From: Eledone cirrhosa
Lineage: Eukaryota
Direction of reading: 5' to 3'
Length of the DNA: 64,000 nucleotides
Assembly: GCA_964016885.1 (NCBI GenBank)
Contig: OZ024742.1
Span: 3,534,001-3,598,000, forward strand
Part shown: positions 27,905 to 43,126 of the stretch, piece by piece
Position numbering within the stretch: the stretch's first letter is position 1
How the letters are laid out: each line of letters begins with the position of its first letter
Translations under genes and position numbers: made by a program
Notes under the pieces: generated by a model
Databases searched by the model: none
Seen by the model: the letters and a program-made list of their open reading frames with translations, nothing else
Told to the model about the DNA's origin: nothing

Positions 27905-30088
27905 CCTGGATAAAATCCTTCTCTTAATGCTTACCTGTGTTTTCTCTTTTATACTATATATATATATATAGAGAGAGAGATACATATGAGAAGGTATCAA
28001 TAATACCATTGTTCAGTGTAGTAATCTATGTTTAATAACAGTAGAGTGTCGATATAATAACGATTCTCTGTCTCATGGTTAAGTTTATAGCTTTTCGATA
28101 ACAAATATACAAAAATGTTTTTTTTTCTCATTGAACGTGTGAGTGAGTGTGAGAGACAGAGAGAGTGAGTGAATGAGTGAGAGAGAGAGAGAGAGAGAGT
28201 GTGTGTGAGTGAGAGAGTGAAGATGTTCCAATCTACACCTACAAATTGTATATATTCTATACACATCACGCATGTAACGACATTTAGCCAAATTAAAATA
28301 TTGTATAGATGGTCTTATATCTCTTTATTGAAGAGAACATGTCTAGCTAACCGGGTATTTCGATCGTATATGTTATATGTCAACCAGTAAAATAGTAAAT
28401 AAAATTTCACTGACAGAAATAGAAAAGTGCTACAATGAGATCAAAAATGATTGTCTCTAAAATATTGATGGCATTCATTTCATTTCACTCCATTTAAAGA
28501 ATTCTGAAAATATTGTAATTTTCAAAACAGTTATTTCAAAGACAAAATAAATTTTATAATCGTCAGTTGTGTTTCATTAGAGATATGATAAGAGAAAGGT
28601 TAATTAAATGATGGATACAAACAGACCAGACCAAACTTCTGCCTACTACTGACAGCTTCCCCACCAGACCTTGGTCAGGTCAGGGAGATCAGGCTTCTGC
28701 CTGCAACTGATATCATGTAACACAATAAAAGCTGTTTCATGGCATAGTGGTCGGCAACTAACCTGGCTCACCCAGCAGATCCTAGTATGGTCAGGCTTTG
28801 TCCTGTTACTGGTATCATGTAACACAATAAAAGCTGTTTCATGGTCGTGTGATCGGCAACTAAACCGGCCCCTCCATCAGTCTGGTGAGAAAGGTATGTG
28901 GAACTCCAGCATCACAAAAAACAAGAGGTGTAAAAAGGGTGGATGAACTCCTCAGAGTCAACGGCTATCCACCCAACTATGGGTTAAATAGCCTCACCAA
29001 CTCGCAATTGGCCAAGCATGGTGAGTATGGTTACACACCTGACATGACCAAAATCAAACAGAACTCCGTGGTGGTCAACCAGGGAGGGATTCCTCCAACA
29101 GGATCGAGAAAACAGTGGATTTCTTAAATACCAGCCCACTGCTATCAACACCAGAAGTACCCAGATTATATTTTAATTTGTTGATTAGTAAAACACATTT
29201 TAAGTGTTAGCTTAAATTATCGTTTAACTAAGTTATCAAGGGAGACAATCTAGAATGCTCCTGAAATATTTTACTTCATCAGCGGCGGCGTGGCGTTTGT
29301 TAATTGAATAAAATAAATGTAACCGTGGAAAAACATTCCTCCAATCACCAACGAATTTAATCTAATTCTTGTTTATAATTTTTAAATAATTGTCTGACGC
29401 CTATATAATCTAGAATGTACCTGATAGAATTTAAAACATTAAATAAAACAAACATAACCACAGAAAAATACATCCCTCCAATCTTTATATTTTACGTATG
29501 TAATTCCTATTACTGTTGTGACGTACACCATGTTACTCTAGCGTTCGTTATATTTCAATAGCAGACAGTGTTTTTCTTAATCCAACTTAACAATGATGTT
29601 CTATTATTTACACATGCACAAGTTACAGAAAATTCGGTATTGCTTCGGCCTACCTCTTACAGATGTAATTTATGTTGTTGTAGAAGTCATATTAATGTAT
29701 TATAAACATTCTCTAAGCGTATTACATATTTAGTTATGGGTTTCGTTTTCCTATATGAAGACTTCTCTCATTTTATCATACAGCTGTAAGTCGTTTATTC
29801 TTGTCATTCATCCTTTGTTTTCCTTGCTTCGTTTATATCACTGCCAATTGCTACTTTTCTATAAGAATACCACTAGATTCTTAAATATCTTACTACTTGA
29901 TATATTTCTATTACTTCCCACAATCTTCTCAATATCAATATTTATCCCACACATAACATGCACTCCAACACAAACACATGTTGACGTATACATATAAAGA
30001 CTTTATTACACAGTTTGATATGCACATATACATCCTAAGTATCATAGGTAAAAGTACATTGTTTACTTACATATATTATGTGGAAAAT

Positions 30089-30182
<94 letters not shown>

Positions 30183-30417
30183 TCCCCCCCCTCTTTCTCT
30201 AAAATGGTGTAGAGGGCTACAATAATGCTGAGAGACAACTCCATGTGACTTAGTTCCATTCCATGTCTACAATCCAATACAACTGTCGGTTATTTTCAAC
30301 ATTTAATCTTTTATTTCCTTTGCTACAGCCCTTAAAAAAACATGACCATTTTTATCCTTTTCACGAAGCTTCAAGCAGACTGCAGCAATCTTAAATCTAT
30401 TTATCTATCTCTATCTT

Positions 30418-31530
<1,113 letters not shown>

Positions 31531-32127
31531 CAAATACTCCGTTTTACATCATCTAGCTGTTCCCATAAATGGAATTGGAGATATACAAAACCGTGGAGAA
31601 CTTAATATTGCTAACAAAATTTTATTGGACCGTATGACACAACCAATAATACACCTTACTATATAACAACTATATATATATATATAGAGAGAGAGAGAGG
31701 GGGGGAGGGAGAGAGAGAGCCTCATGGTCGTCATGTTATATGTTGATCTCCTTTTTGATACATGTGTGTACTGGTATATTCACATATACATAAGTATATG
31801 TGAATATATGCTCTTATATACATACACGTTTGTGTTTGTGTGTATATATATGTGTGTAAGTGTGTGTTTGCAGGATAATATTTTGCATTACACAGGATAT
31901 TACACAGTGTAATATTTCCCAAATCAATTACATTATTGCTGATATATTCCTATTACTCTTATGTAAACAGTTGACTATCTTCACCAGTTTCGTATACAAG
32001 TGTTAGATATGACACAAGTCAACAAACTATGAGGAAAGATATATTACTTCTACATTATTAATAGTTATAGATGTGAAGTTGCAGGTGTGTGGCCTTGTGG
32101 TTAGGATGTAGTAGTTACAATCATAAT

Positions 32128-32302
32128 TGTTTCTACTTTTGGCACAAGGCCAGCAATTACCCCAGTGCATTAATAGTACTTTATTTTATCGACCCCGTAA
32201 GGATGAAAGGCAAAGTTAACTTCGGCGAGATTTGAACTCAGAATGGCAAGGGCCGTAACTCTATGCGTCAAAGCATATCGCCCGACCCTCTACCGATACT
32301 GC
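32128..32302 (-). mobile_element. tRNA-derived SINE with Meta-like central domain, inserted in another tRNA-SINE with 10-bp TSD CAATCATAAT
   Basis: Minus strand: ggcagtatcggtagag..ctgagttcaaatc..gcctttcatccttacggggtcgataaaataaagtac; TSD at 32118-32127 and 32303-32312. Confidence 0.8.
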
Positions 32303-32845
32303 CAATCATAATGTCGTGGTTTAAGCTTCTGGACTGGGCTGTGTTGTGGATCTGAGAAACATGTTCGCGTCACTCTACGTTATTATACTTTACTGAGCAG
32401 GGACTCTAAATATACAAAAGTACCAAAGAAACCATCCACGAGGTAAAATATTTTAGCAGGACCTGTACACCTACATGAGTAAGAGCTGATACATATTAAC
32501 ATTTACATAGAAGGTATTTTTACATAATACTTTTACATAAATAGATAGAATGTTTAATATCGACTCTGCAATTATTGCTAAAGAAATTGCAGGCACCAGA
32601 CAGTGAGACATCTTCGGGGGATATTTTTAATAATAATACGGATAAATATTTCTGTTGTGCTAAACAAAAAATTGTCTGAGTACTGATAAGAATTACACAA
32701 TCTCGAGATACAGGTAGAGTGAGTGATAAATATCACCTCTTGACTTTAGCAGGGATTCTTACATATATTACAATATATCCTGTAAATTTATGTAATGGAT
32801 ACAAACATTAATAGGTTATTTCACCAAACTTTAGACAAAGCTACG

Positions 32846-32886
<41 letters not shown>

Positions 32887-33142
32887 GAAGGCGCGTGACT
32901 TATTATTTAGAGCGTTGAGCTCACAATCGTAAGTTTGTGAATTAGAATCCTGGACCAGGTAGTGCGCTGTGTTCTTGGGAAAAACACTTTATTCCACGTT
33001 CATCCACCAGTTCACTCAGATGTAGAAATGAGTTGTAAGGTCACTGGTATCAAGTTGTATCGGCCTTTGCCTTTCCCTTGGACAACATCTTTGGCATGGG
33101 GAGGGGAGACTGGTACATATGTGTGATTGCTGGTCTTCCATA
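32887..33142 (+). mobile_element. tRNA-derived SINE (CORE-like central segment), degenerate
   Basis: A-box-like ggcgcgtgacttattatttagagc, B-box-like gaattagaatcc, then gtgttcttgggaaaaacacttt. Confidence 0.7.
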
Positions 33143-33675
33143 TTAGAGAGGAACTTGTTAGGTGCGAAAAACCATGGTCTTTGACGGGCCTACTACGATA
33201 TATACGGACAGGCATATTAGTGAATTGGCGCCAGTTAAATACCATCACGTCCGTAGTTTTGACACCTCGAAAATTGTAGTCGCGGTTCCCCAGTCACCTG
33301 TACTGATATGTTCTGCACATTTGCCCTGGAATAGGTTCTCAGTTTTGCCTGTTGTTGATGGATTGAAAACTCAACACTAAGAACATCACTGTTCAGAGAG
33401 GAAAACGCTTTGTAGAATCTACTTCGTCTCTTTAGATTCTCCATTCTTAAGGTGTCAGTTTAATCAGTGATTCCGGTTTTATTTCATCGCATTGTTCTTG
33501 GCTGCCTTTAGTGGATATCATGTTTCTTCCCACCAGAATACGTAAAACTTTCAGGTTATACGGACTGCCATAAACATGGATACTTAATTTATGGTAAAGC
33601 CGGAGGCTATCCATTTTCAAGGTTAGAAAACAGCAATGTTTTTGTCTTTTTTTTTACTTAGAGAGAGAGAGAGAG

Positions 33676-33720
<45 letters not shown>

Positions 33721-33929
33721 GAGGGGGAGGAAAAATCGACTTGAACACTGAAACACTGAAGTCATAATTTATCGACCTCAAAGGATAAAAGGCGAAGTTG
33801 ACCTCGGCAAGATTTTAATGTAGAGTGCAGAGAGGGAGACGAATACAGCTAACCATTCTATCCAATAATCAAATAACTGAGCAAATTGGATGCTTTACTA
33901 AGTATACAACACTACTAAACTACATCTAA

Positions 33930-34722
33930 AGACCGTGGTATATCTTCGATATACTGTAGTATATCTTTGATAGACCGTGGTATATCATCGATAGACCGTG
34001 ATATATCTTCGATAGACCATGATATATCTTCGATAGACCGTGATATATCTTCGATAGACCGTGATATATCTTCGATAGTCCATGATATATCATCGATAGA
34101 CCGTAGTATATCTTCGATAGACCGTGGTATATCATCGATAGCCCGAGATATATCATCGATAGACCGTGATATATCTTCGATAGACCGTGATATATCTTCG
34201 ATAGACCGTGATATATCTTCGATAGACCATGATATATCATCGATAGACCGTAGTATATCTTCGGTAGACCGTTATATATCATCGATAAACGGTGTTATAT
34301 CTTCGATAGACCGTGATATATCTTCAATAGACCGTGATATATCTTCGATAGACCGTGATATATCATCGCTAGAATGTGATAAATCATCGATAGACTGCGG
34401 TGCATCTTCGATTGACCTTGATATATCTTCTATAGACCGTGATATATCATCGATAGACCGTGATATATCATCGATGGACCGTGGTGTATCTTTGATAGAC
34501 CGTGGTATATCTTCGATAGACCGTTATATATCATCGATAGACCGTGGTATATCTTCGATAGACCGTGGTATAACATCAGTAGACTGTGGTGTATCTTCAG
34601 TAGACCGTGGTGTTTCTTCGATACACCGTGGCATATCATCGGTAGACTGTGGTGTATCTTCGATAGACCGTGGTATATCTTCGATAGACCGTAGTATATC
34701 TTCGGTAGACCATGGTATATGT
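33930..34722. repeat. Minisatellite, 21-bp unit (gatagaccgtgatatatcttc), ~38 copies
   Basis: Direct reading; produces the IDRDISS / IYHGLSK periodic ORFs. Confidence 0.95.
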
Positions 34723-34847
34723 TGAAACTAAAGTCTCCAATAACAATGCTGACAAACTAAGTTCTTGTTATGAAACATTAAATTATCTTCTTTCCTCCTC
34801 CGCCTGAGTGAGAGAATGGCTGCGAGAAAGAGATATAAAGGAAGGAT

Positions 34848-35420
34848 TGAACCCAGTATTTGACTGGTACCTTCTTTTTATCGATCTCAAATGGATGCAA
34901 AGCAACGTTAATCGGGATTTGATAGCAGAGATCCGAAACGAATACAGTAAATCATTCTATCTGATGTTCTAACAACTCTACCGTTTTATCTGATGTTCTA
35001 ACAACTCGACCGTTTTATCTGATGTTCTAACAACTCTACCGTTCTATCTGATGTTCTAACAACTCTACCGTTTTATCTCATGTTCTAACAACTCTACCGT
35101 TCTATCTGATGTTCTAACTACTCTACCGTTCTATCTGATGTTCTAACAACTCTACCGTTCTATCTGATGTTCTAACAACTCTACCGTTCTATCTGATATT
35201 CTAACAACTCAACCGTTCAATCTGATGTTCTAACAACTCTACCGTTCTATCTGATGTTCTAACGACTCTACCGTTCTATATGATATTCTAACAACTCTAC
35301 CGTTCTATCTGATGTTCTAACGACTCTACCGTTCTATTTGATGTTCTAACAACTCTACCGTTCTATCTGATATTCTAACAACTCTACCGTTCTATCTGAT
35401 GTTCTAACGACTCAGCGAAG
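34848..35420 (-). mobile_element. Meta-like SINE whose head segment is expanded into a 29-bp minisatellite (~16 copies, 34955-35412)
   Basis: Unit ttctatctgatgttctaacaactctaccg matches the single-copy head atatccgacgttctaacgactctgccc of the sister SINE at ~36001. Confidence 0.8.
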
Positions 35421-35904
35421 TTGCTGCATTATAAGTGAAATACTGAAATACAAAACTAGTTATGGCAAAGATTTTATTCAATAAACACTGTATATATTAC
35501 AGATATACACCCTTCGACTATATTCAGTATGATTAACACGTCCTCTGAAGCTGCATTTGCACGTCAACGTTAGTTTGAATCTAACACATTTATTATTGGA
35601 TCCCTTACAAGTGAGTGTTTACATGTTTCCTCAGTTTCGTTTTAACCATTTTCTTACCATATTTAAAATGAAAACCTATACATATGCATTTGAAAATGTT
35701 GAAGAAATTCAAGAAGTTGCAGTGAGTTAGTAATCTGCATGCATGATCCCGTAAATCCCAGAGTAGTGGTAGGGTTGCCGTATTGCCTTACGGCTCTTTT
35801 AAACCTAGCGGAGCCCATTCCTTCTCCAGGCTTGAATACAGCAAATTTGTACCAGAGAAAGATCGAGAGTGGGACAATGGAGGGGAGAAAGAGTTATGGG
35901 GAAG

Positions 35905-36038
35905 AATCGACCTCAGTACTTGACTGGTAAATTTTTGTATCGACCACGAATGGATTTGAACTTAGAGATCAGAGAGCCGGAACGATTACTGCAAAACAAT
36001 ATATCCGACGTTCTAACGACTCTGCCCATACACCGCCT
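35905..36038 (-). mobile_element. Meta-like SINE, degenerate
   Basis: cagtacttgactggtaaatttttgtatcgacc..ggatttgaactt..ccgacgttctaacgactctgcc. Confidence 0.7.
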
Positions 36039-36824
36039 TAGTAATATACCTTTCTTGTTATAAAGCTGGCGTTTGAAATGTAACATAACCAATATTCTTA
36101 CATAAAATTTTAATAGAATTTTGTATTTAGATAAATGCAAATTCTGAAAAACAAACAGTTTGGTATTGTAGAACTTAAGGCTGTTTAAAATGATTTGGTA
36201 TCTAAATAGTTTTAGATATTGTGTCATTTGGTTATTCTTTAGAAGTAAAGTGCAAAATATTCACAAGTTTTAACTCCCAGAATTTGTAATCTTTTAATTA
36301 TGTGATTCCCACCGCCCAGATGTACTCACTGTCACCACAGTCAAACATTTCTGACACATTCTCTCCATAATTCACCGTTTTACATTGCTCCTGGCAACTG
36401 TTCGCTACTGAGGTTTGTATCGACTAAGAGTTAATCGATGAAGGTTCGAGCAGGTCTTCCTCTACTGCATCTCCCGTGACATGTGTCCCACAATAGTAGC
36501 TTGTATATAATTCCTGCTTATTTCTCTAGCAATATCCTCTAAATTGTAACCGTCTTTGAACAATTGTAGCTGGGCAAAAATCCATATTTTGTCACCATAC
36601 AAAGGTGTCATAATAAAAGTGTTTTCTCTTTAACTTAATGAAATGTCTGTAACAAAAATCTAATTTATATCAAGATTTCCTGAAAAGTCTGTAAACATCG
36701 TCCGTGTGTATATCTATGTAAAATAGAACGAATATACACAAATGTTTATTAGGGAAATATAATATGAATTAGAAATTTAGATTGGTTGTACTATTACTGC
36801 TAATTTAAATAAAAATAATAATAA

Positions 36825-37098
36825 ATGTTAAGGTTATCCCTGTTGTAGTTGGGCGCTTGGCACAGTGAGCCTCAGAATTGAAAGCTATTAAAAAAACGAG
36901 GCCATCGTAAAAGTGGGGGCCCTACAAAAAACAACTCTCCTTAGGACTGTTTAACCAGGATACTCAGAAAAGTGCTGGCTATTTGAAGGTGTCACCTCAC
37001 TCCGCTGGTTGTGGACAGCTGACACCAGAATACCATCAACAAATGATGTGTGACAAGCGGATAAAGATAACGTTGATAATGTTAATAATAATAATAAT
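36825..37098 (+). mobile_element. Dong/R4-like element 3' end with (TAA)n tail
   Basis: Degenerate VKVIPVVVGALGTV..GLQKTTLLG..RILRKVLAI*, 3'UTR containing ggttgtg as in the 10484 element, taataataataataat tail; AAT repeats upstream. Confidence 0.7.
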
Positions 37099-37257
37099 TG
37101 TTTCTACTTTTGGCACAAGGCCAGCAATTATACCAGTACATTACTGGTACATTATTTTATCGACCCCGTAAGGATGAAAGGAAAAGTTAACCTCGGTGGA
37201 ATTTGAACTCAGATCATATAGGGCCGTAACTCTTTGCTGCTAAGCATGGTGTCCGAC
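37099..37257 (-). mobile_element. Meta-like SINE, tail-to-tail with the Dong fragment
   Basis: Near-identical to 32128-32302. Confidence 0.78.
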
Positions 37258-37329
37258 TAGACAGAAGAAACAGTAACAGAAACTCCGAAAAAGATAAAAC
37301 CCAAATTGAAAACAAGATCTCCAGAAAAT

Positions 37330-37660
37330 CCCCTAGAGGTCCACTATTAAAAAAAAAAAAAACTCACAAAACTGGCTACGAAGTATTTCGCAAAAAGCCG
37401 AGACTGACGGATTTGTAAAATACAACACAAGATCAAAGCCTCTCCCACCAGAAACAAAAAATACATAATGTGAATCAGAACACAGTAGCTGTAGAATATG
37501 TGTTGACAGGGAAAACAATTAACCACATTATTTCTGGCTGCTCTTAGTCAAGTAGAATATATCTGAAGATATAGAGTTGGGTTCTACATACACTGAAAGT
37601 TATGACAACACTACGAAATAACAACAGAAAAAAAGATGGTTAAGTCACACCCCAGAAAAG
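37330..37660 (+). mobile_element. Degenerate Dong/R4 internal fragment (zinc-knuckle region)
   Basis: Interrupted KAETDGF..QDQSL.TRN..CRIC..TINHIISGC..HTPEK. Confidence 0.6.
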
Positions 37661-38691
37661 TGTGTGTGAGTGTTGTATTTGTTAATACATCTATGGATGC
37701 TGATACTTGGAGACGTCATCAGTGTTGTATCCTGGAATAATACTGCGTCTCCATTCAGCAAATAACCATTTCTCTTTCAGACAGAGTCATCTTGATGCCA
37801 TCTCTGCTGCTTCCACGTGGTTATTGATGGCTGTTTTCCCGCTCTTTCTTTTGTCATGCTCAACAATACATAAACATTACAAAGTGAACACTTGCCGAGC
37901 CCTCAACATCATCCCATCTTTCCATTAGCATCAACTTCTCCGACACTATTTTATGAATTCATATCATTCTACACAAAGAACTATCCTTCTTTGGAAAAAC
38001 ATCTGCTGTGTTCATACCTGGAAAGGGGTGGGCCCACCAGGCTTAAAATGCCCAAGAAACACCATATAACACAACTGCCTCCCTGCGACTCTATCAGAAG
38101 TTACGGCACCATACCATAGCATAACATACCATACCATGCCGTACACACAGAACTATTTCAGGTGTATAGAACGATAAAGAAACTTCATTCATTCGTTGTT
38201 TTTGTCTACAATCAATGGATATTTTGATTTCATTTGTTTTCCCCTATTTGATGTTCATGATTCACATGATACATTATTTGATATATTCTTTTGTTCCATT
38301 TTACAGCTATTCTCATCATAATCAGTCAGAGAGAAACAGTAAATATATAGCATAAACTATCAATACGTAACATATAGGAAAATATTATCAAATCCTAATT
38401 AAATAATAGAAAAACTACACCAAATCATGCAACACCAACAACGCCAACAAAACATCATAACATGACAGTAATTATTTGAACTGACTGCTGTTAGTGAAGT
38501 TGTTGTGTAGTTATAGTTTGCAAGTTATTTCATGGCCTAAATATATGTATTGTGTGTCTAACCTGATTACCAATGTGATGTGTACAGTTACGTCTGAAAA
38601 TTGGCTTACATCATTGAATTTTATCTCATAGTATACAATCATACATACATACATATGCATATATATATATACATATCCATATATATACATA

Positions 38692-38770
<79 letters not shown>

Positions 38771-39257
38771 CACTGGATCTCCCTGCAACAAGTCTTAACA
38801 CCCCGGCGGGCAGGCGCTGCAAAATAACACCCAGGAAACAATCCTTGCATACCAGACCCAGCCTCAGACAAACAGATGCGGCAAAAAAAAAAAAAAAAAA
38901 ATTTGTCCGGGAAAGACTGCCCTAACACCGGCCAGAGTTACCTCCCTTGACCTGCTGCAAAATCAAAACAAGATATTTTTTGCGAGCAATGAACCTTGAT
39001 GTCGATTTAACCCCAAAAACTCTTTCCGAGCAATATAAGGAACACTTGTGATTATTTATTACTTTCCCACGTGCTTACGCTCTGCTAACTCTCTAGCCCA
39101 CTAAATATTAACACTTCGAATATTTAATACTGCCGGCACTAGTATCGAGCACCTTTGGCATACGCTACTTGGCAAATACCTATATGTGTCACCTATCCCC
39201 CCTTTTTTTCTCTTTCTCGATACGTAAATACTATATATACATATATATATATATATA

Positions 39258-40420
39258 ACGTGGACGACTTCTTCATCTTCTGGAATAGAAGCCAAGAAGA
39301 CCTTCAAAGATTCCATTCCTTCATAAATAATCTTCACGAAGAAATAAAGTTCACCATGGGATGTAATAAAAAGGAACTACCGTTTCTGGATATACTTATC
39401 ATTAAGGAATGGGAAAATATCAAAACAGGCTTATTTTACAAACCAACAGACACACCAATACTTGAATTTCCGTTCAGCACACCCATCACATACCAAAAGG
39501 AACATTCCTTTTAACATGGCAAGACGCATCTGCACCATAGTAACACACCCCACACTACAGGAAAAAAGATTATATGAATTAAAAAAGTTCCTTAAGAGAC
39601 AAGAATATCTGGTGAACCACATCAACACAGCCATCTCCAAAGCCCAGAACATCCCAGTGACAACACTGAGATAAACAAAGCAACAAAATAGAACGGAAAA
39701 AACAGTTATCCCTTTTGTCATCACTCACAATCCAAGGAACTTCAACATTGTAAAAGCCACCAAACAATATCTCCCGATTCTCCCGCAGTCCCCCAAAATG
39801 AATGCACTCATAAAAGACGCACAAATTATATATAGTAGAAACCAAGCACCCAACCTAAAGAAACTGCTTACCAAGGCAAAATTTACGTCTAATATTGAAG
39901 CAATGCAAGTTAAGAAATGCGGGGACCCTCGATGCGGAACTTGCGAACTCATTGAAGAGGGTGGACAAATCTCTTTTAAAAACAACCAGTCTTTCACAGT
40001 TTATGCAAACATGAATTGCAAAACAAAAAACTTGATTTACTGTTCAACCTGCCAACAATGTAAAGAATGCTACATTGGTGAAACCGGAACGGGTCTACAT
40101 GACAGAGTTCGAGTACATAAAAAACAAATTAGAGACCCCTCTGTCAGAAACGCCACATGCAGTGAACACTTTGCAACATGCGAAAAGGGAAATTTCCCCT
40201 TCTTTAAGATATGGTCGACAACGAACACTTCCGAAAATATAAAGAAGAATTCTTTATTAGAAAATACAAACCACTACTGAACACAAAAAAGTGATATTCC
40301 ATTTTCAAGCAACGGGATTCTCCCCCTCACTTTTCTCTAAAAACATCTCATATTGAAAAATAAAAATAGTTGATGACACCTGTACTTACAAACATTCGAT
40401 CACTGAAGAGAAGAAAAATC
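39258..40420 (+). mobile_element. 5'-truncated Penelope-like element (Neptune-like): RT C-terminus + GIY-YIG, frameshifted
   Basis: VDDFFIFW, IKFT, LPFLDILI, FYKPTDT, SAHPSHTKRNIPF, KKCGDPRCGTC, MNCKTKNLIYCSTCQQC..YIGETG..RVRVH; starts at an (AT)n tract. Confidence 0.88.
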
Positions 40421-40987
40421 CTCAGAGGTTCAATAACATTTCATTAATTTCCCCTTCCCCACACCAATGTATATATGAACTTAAACACTTGAGTGGATGT
40501 GTATACATATATGTATGTATAGATGTGTTTTTTTATATATGTGTTTGTAAGTATACAGATATATGTGTACATGTTTATGTGTATATGTGCATAAGTGTGT
40601 GTGTATATTTATACTACCAACACTACTACAACTACTACTATGAGCACACCTCTCTCTCTCTCTCTATATATATATATAGGGCTTCGTTTTAGACCCAGTC
40701 TTCACAAGAAAGATGAACAGACCGCTTCAACACTTAATTTTAAATTTAAAAAAAATGTATTCTTTTTTATTCTTTTTAATTGTAATATTCAACATTTGAT
40801 AAGATGGTTCACACTGATACATCGAAACCGGTTATATTTTATATATTTTATGTACATTATAAAACTCTCTTTTTAAAAGAATTGTCCTTCTCATTTTTTC
40901 ACTAATGTTACATTGACGAATCAAAAGAAGAAAAAAGATAAACAGATCCTTAAATATATTTTCCGTGCTATTTCCAATTCCATCTTC

Positions 40988-41026
<39 letters not shown>

Positions 41027-41046
41027 GCCCCCCCCCCCCTCTCTCA

Positions 41047-41092
<46 letters not shown>

Positions 41093-41214
41093 ATATATAT
41101 ATATATATACACACACACATATATATTGATTTCTCCCAAATGAAACTGTTCTCGTCATGCATTTCTATATTATATATTTTACACATATATATATATAGTT
41201 TTAATATAGATGAC

Positions 41215-41261
41215 ATTCTACAGGACTAGAACTGTTTCATTCTTTAGAAATCATCAGGAAT
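41215..41261 (-). ncRNA. Type I hammerhead motif (family of 44258)
   Basis: Reverse complement ATTC CTGATGA TTTCTAAAGAAT GAAA CAGTTCTAGTCCTG TA GAAT. Confidence 0.75.
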
Positions 41262-41405
41262 CTGGCTTTCCAAAAATAAATGTTATGGTATTTATATCTT
41301 TTCATGTGGTAGGAGAGGGTGGGGAGGTCATTGGTTGAAAGAAAATATGTATATATATATATGTATATATGTAATATGTATATATATATATATATGTAAT
41401 ATGTA

Positions 41406-41436
<31 letters not shown>

Positions 41437-41484
41437 ATATATGTATATGTATATATGTATATATATATATATGTGTATATAAAT

Positions 41485-41975
41485 ATGAGATGGGTGTGAA
41501 AGTCGGACCTTCTTAGAGACCTGAAAATCCACCTCGTCATTGCTGTAGTGGAGTCTGTACTGCTGTATGGGTCTGAGACTTGGACACTGACCAAGAAATT
41601 CACTCAGATGGTGGATGGGTGCTACACGAGAATGCTGAGGATGGCTCTGAACATTAATCAGTATACACTGAGGATGAAAAACTCAGAGCTGTATGAGAGC
41701 ATCCCAAAAGTCAGCTCAAAAGTGACACATAGGAGACTGAGGTTAGCTGGACATGCTCACCGACATCCAGAGTTGACATTGCACTCAGTGCTCCTTTGGG
41801 AGCCCCTACATGGACACACTAGAAGAGGAAGACCAAGGTTAACGTATGTTGATGCCCTAAGGACAGACACTGGTCTGTTGGAGACGCAGGACATAGCAGC
41901 GATAATGAGGGACAGAGACCGCTGGAGAGAACTCGTCCATGGATCTCGGGAATTTTACCCGCCTTAGAATAGAAT
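41485..41975 (+). mobile_element. RTE-clade LINE 3' fragment
   Basis: ESVLLYGSETWTLTK..RMLR..RRLRLAGH..GRPRLTY..DRDRWR followed by a short TAGAA repeat tail. Confidence 0.8.
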
Positions 41976-42374
41976 ATGTATAGATGTATGTGTTTATTTG
42001 TAAATTTTCTAGTATTCTACTTTAACCATAATTTTCAGTAGCACTACTCCACATAAATTCCTCAATTTAAGAATGACCTGTAGTATCTATTTCATACTAT
42101 TAACCTTAATTGAATATATATCTGACCAGGAATGCTTTTTGTGAAAATCAGGCATATGGAACTATTGTCATCTTGCCTGACGGTTTGAACTTTACAACAC
42201 CAACTGTCTCTTTGAGGTCAAATACCAACCCTACTAACATCTACAAACTGACCAATGAGAATTAAGACTATTCCTGCTGACAACATTAAATTATTCCTAA
42301 CAAGCTCATATGTCCCAAGGCTCTGATACCATCAACACCATAAACACAGAACTGGCATATCTAAGAACTGACTA

Positions 42375-42430
42375 ACTGCTTGATGAGGTCATAGCCATTC
42401 AATGGTTATCATCGAAATATATATAGCAGT
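42375..42430 (+). ncRNA. Minimal hammerhead motif (C3>T)
   Basis: ACTGC TTGATGA GGTCATAGCCATT C AATGGTTATCATC GAAA TATATA TA GCAGT. Confidence 0.62.
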
Positions 42431-42479
42431 AAATAAAGGATTATGAGTTCATGCAATTGACTTATGTTTCGTCACTATA

Positions 42480-43123
<644 letters not shown>

Positions 43124-43126
<3 letters not shown>

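Larger units (their letters stand above)
24093..27955 (+). mobile_element. Near full-length Naiad-like Penelope element with ~830-bp inverted arms 24093-24926 / 27128-27955
   Basis: Arms are reverse complements (same spurious ORFs on opposite strands); internal RT-GIY-YIG ORF; (AT)n flanks. Confidence 0.92.

Noticed and set aside
28640-29130. ~100-bp duplicated segment with AATAAA, possible LTR remnant
   Set aside because: No clear TG..CA ends, PBS, TSD or coding similarity could be established.
33930-35412. CRISPR-like arrays
   Set aside because: Units are contiguous without unique spacers, no cas genes, eukaryotic context.
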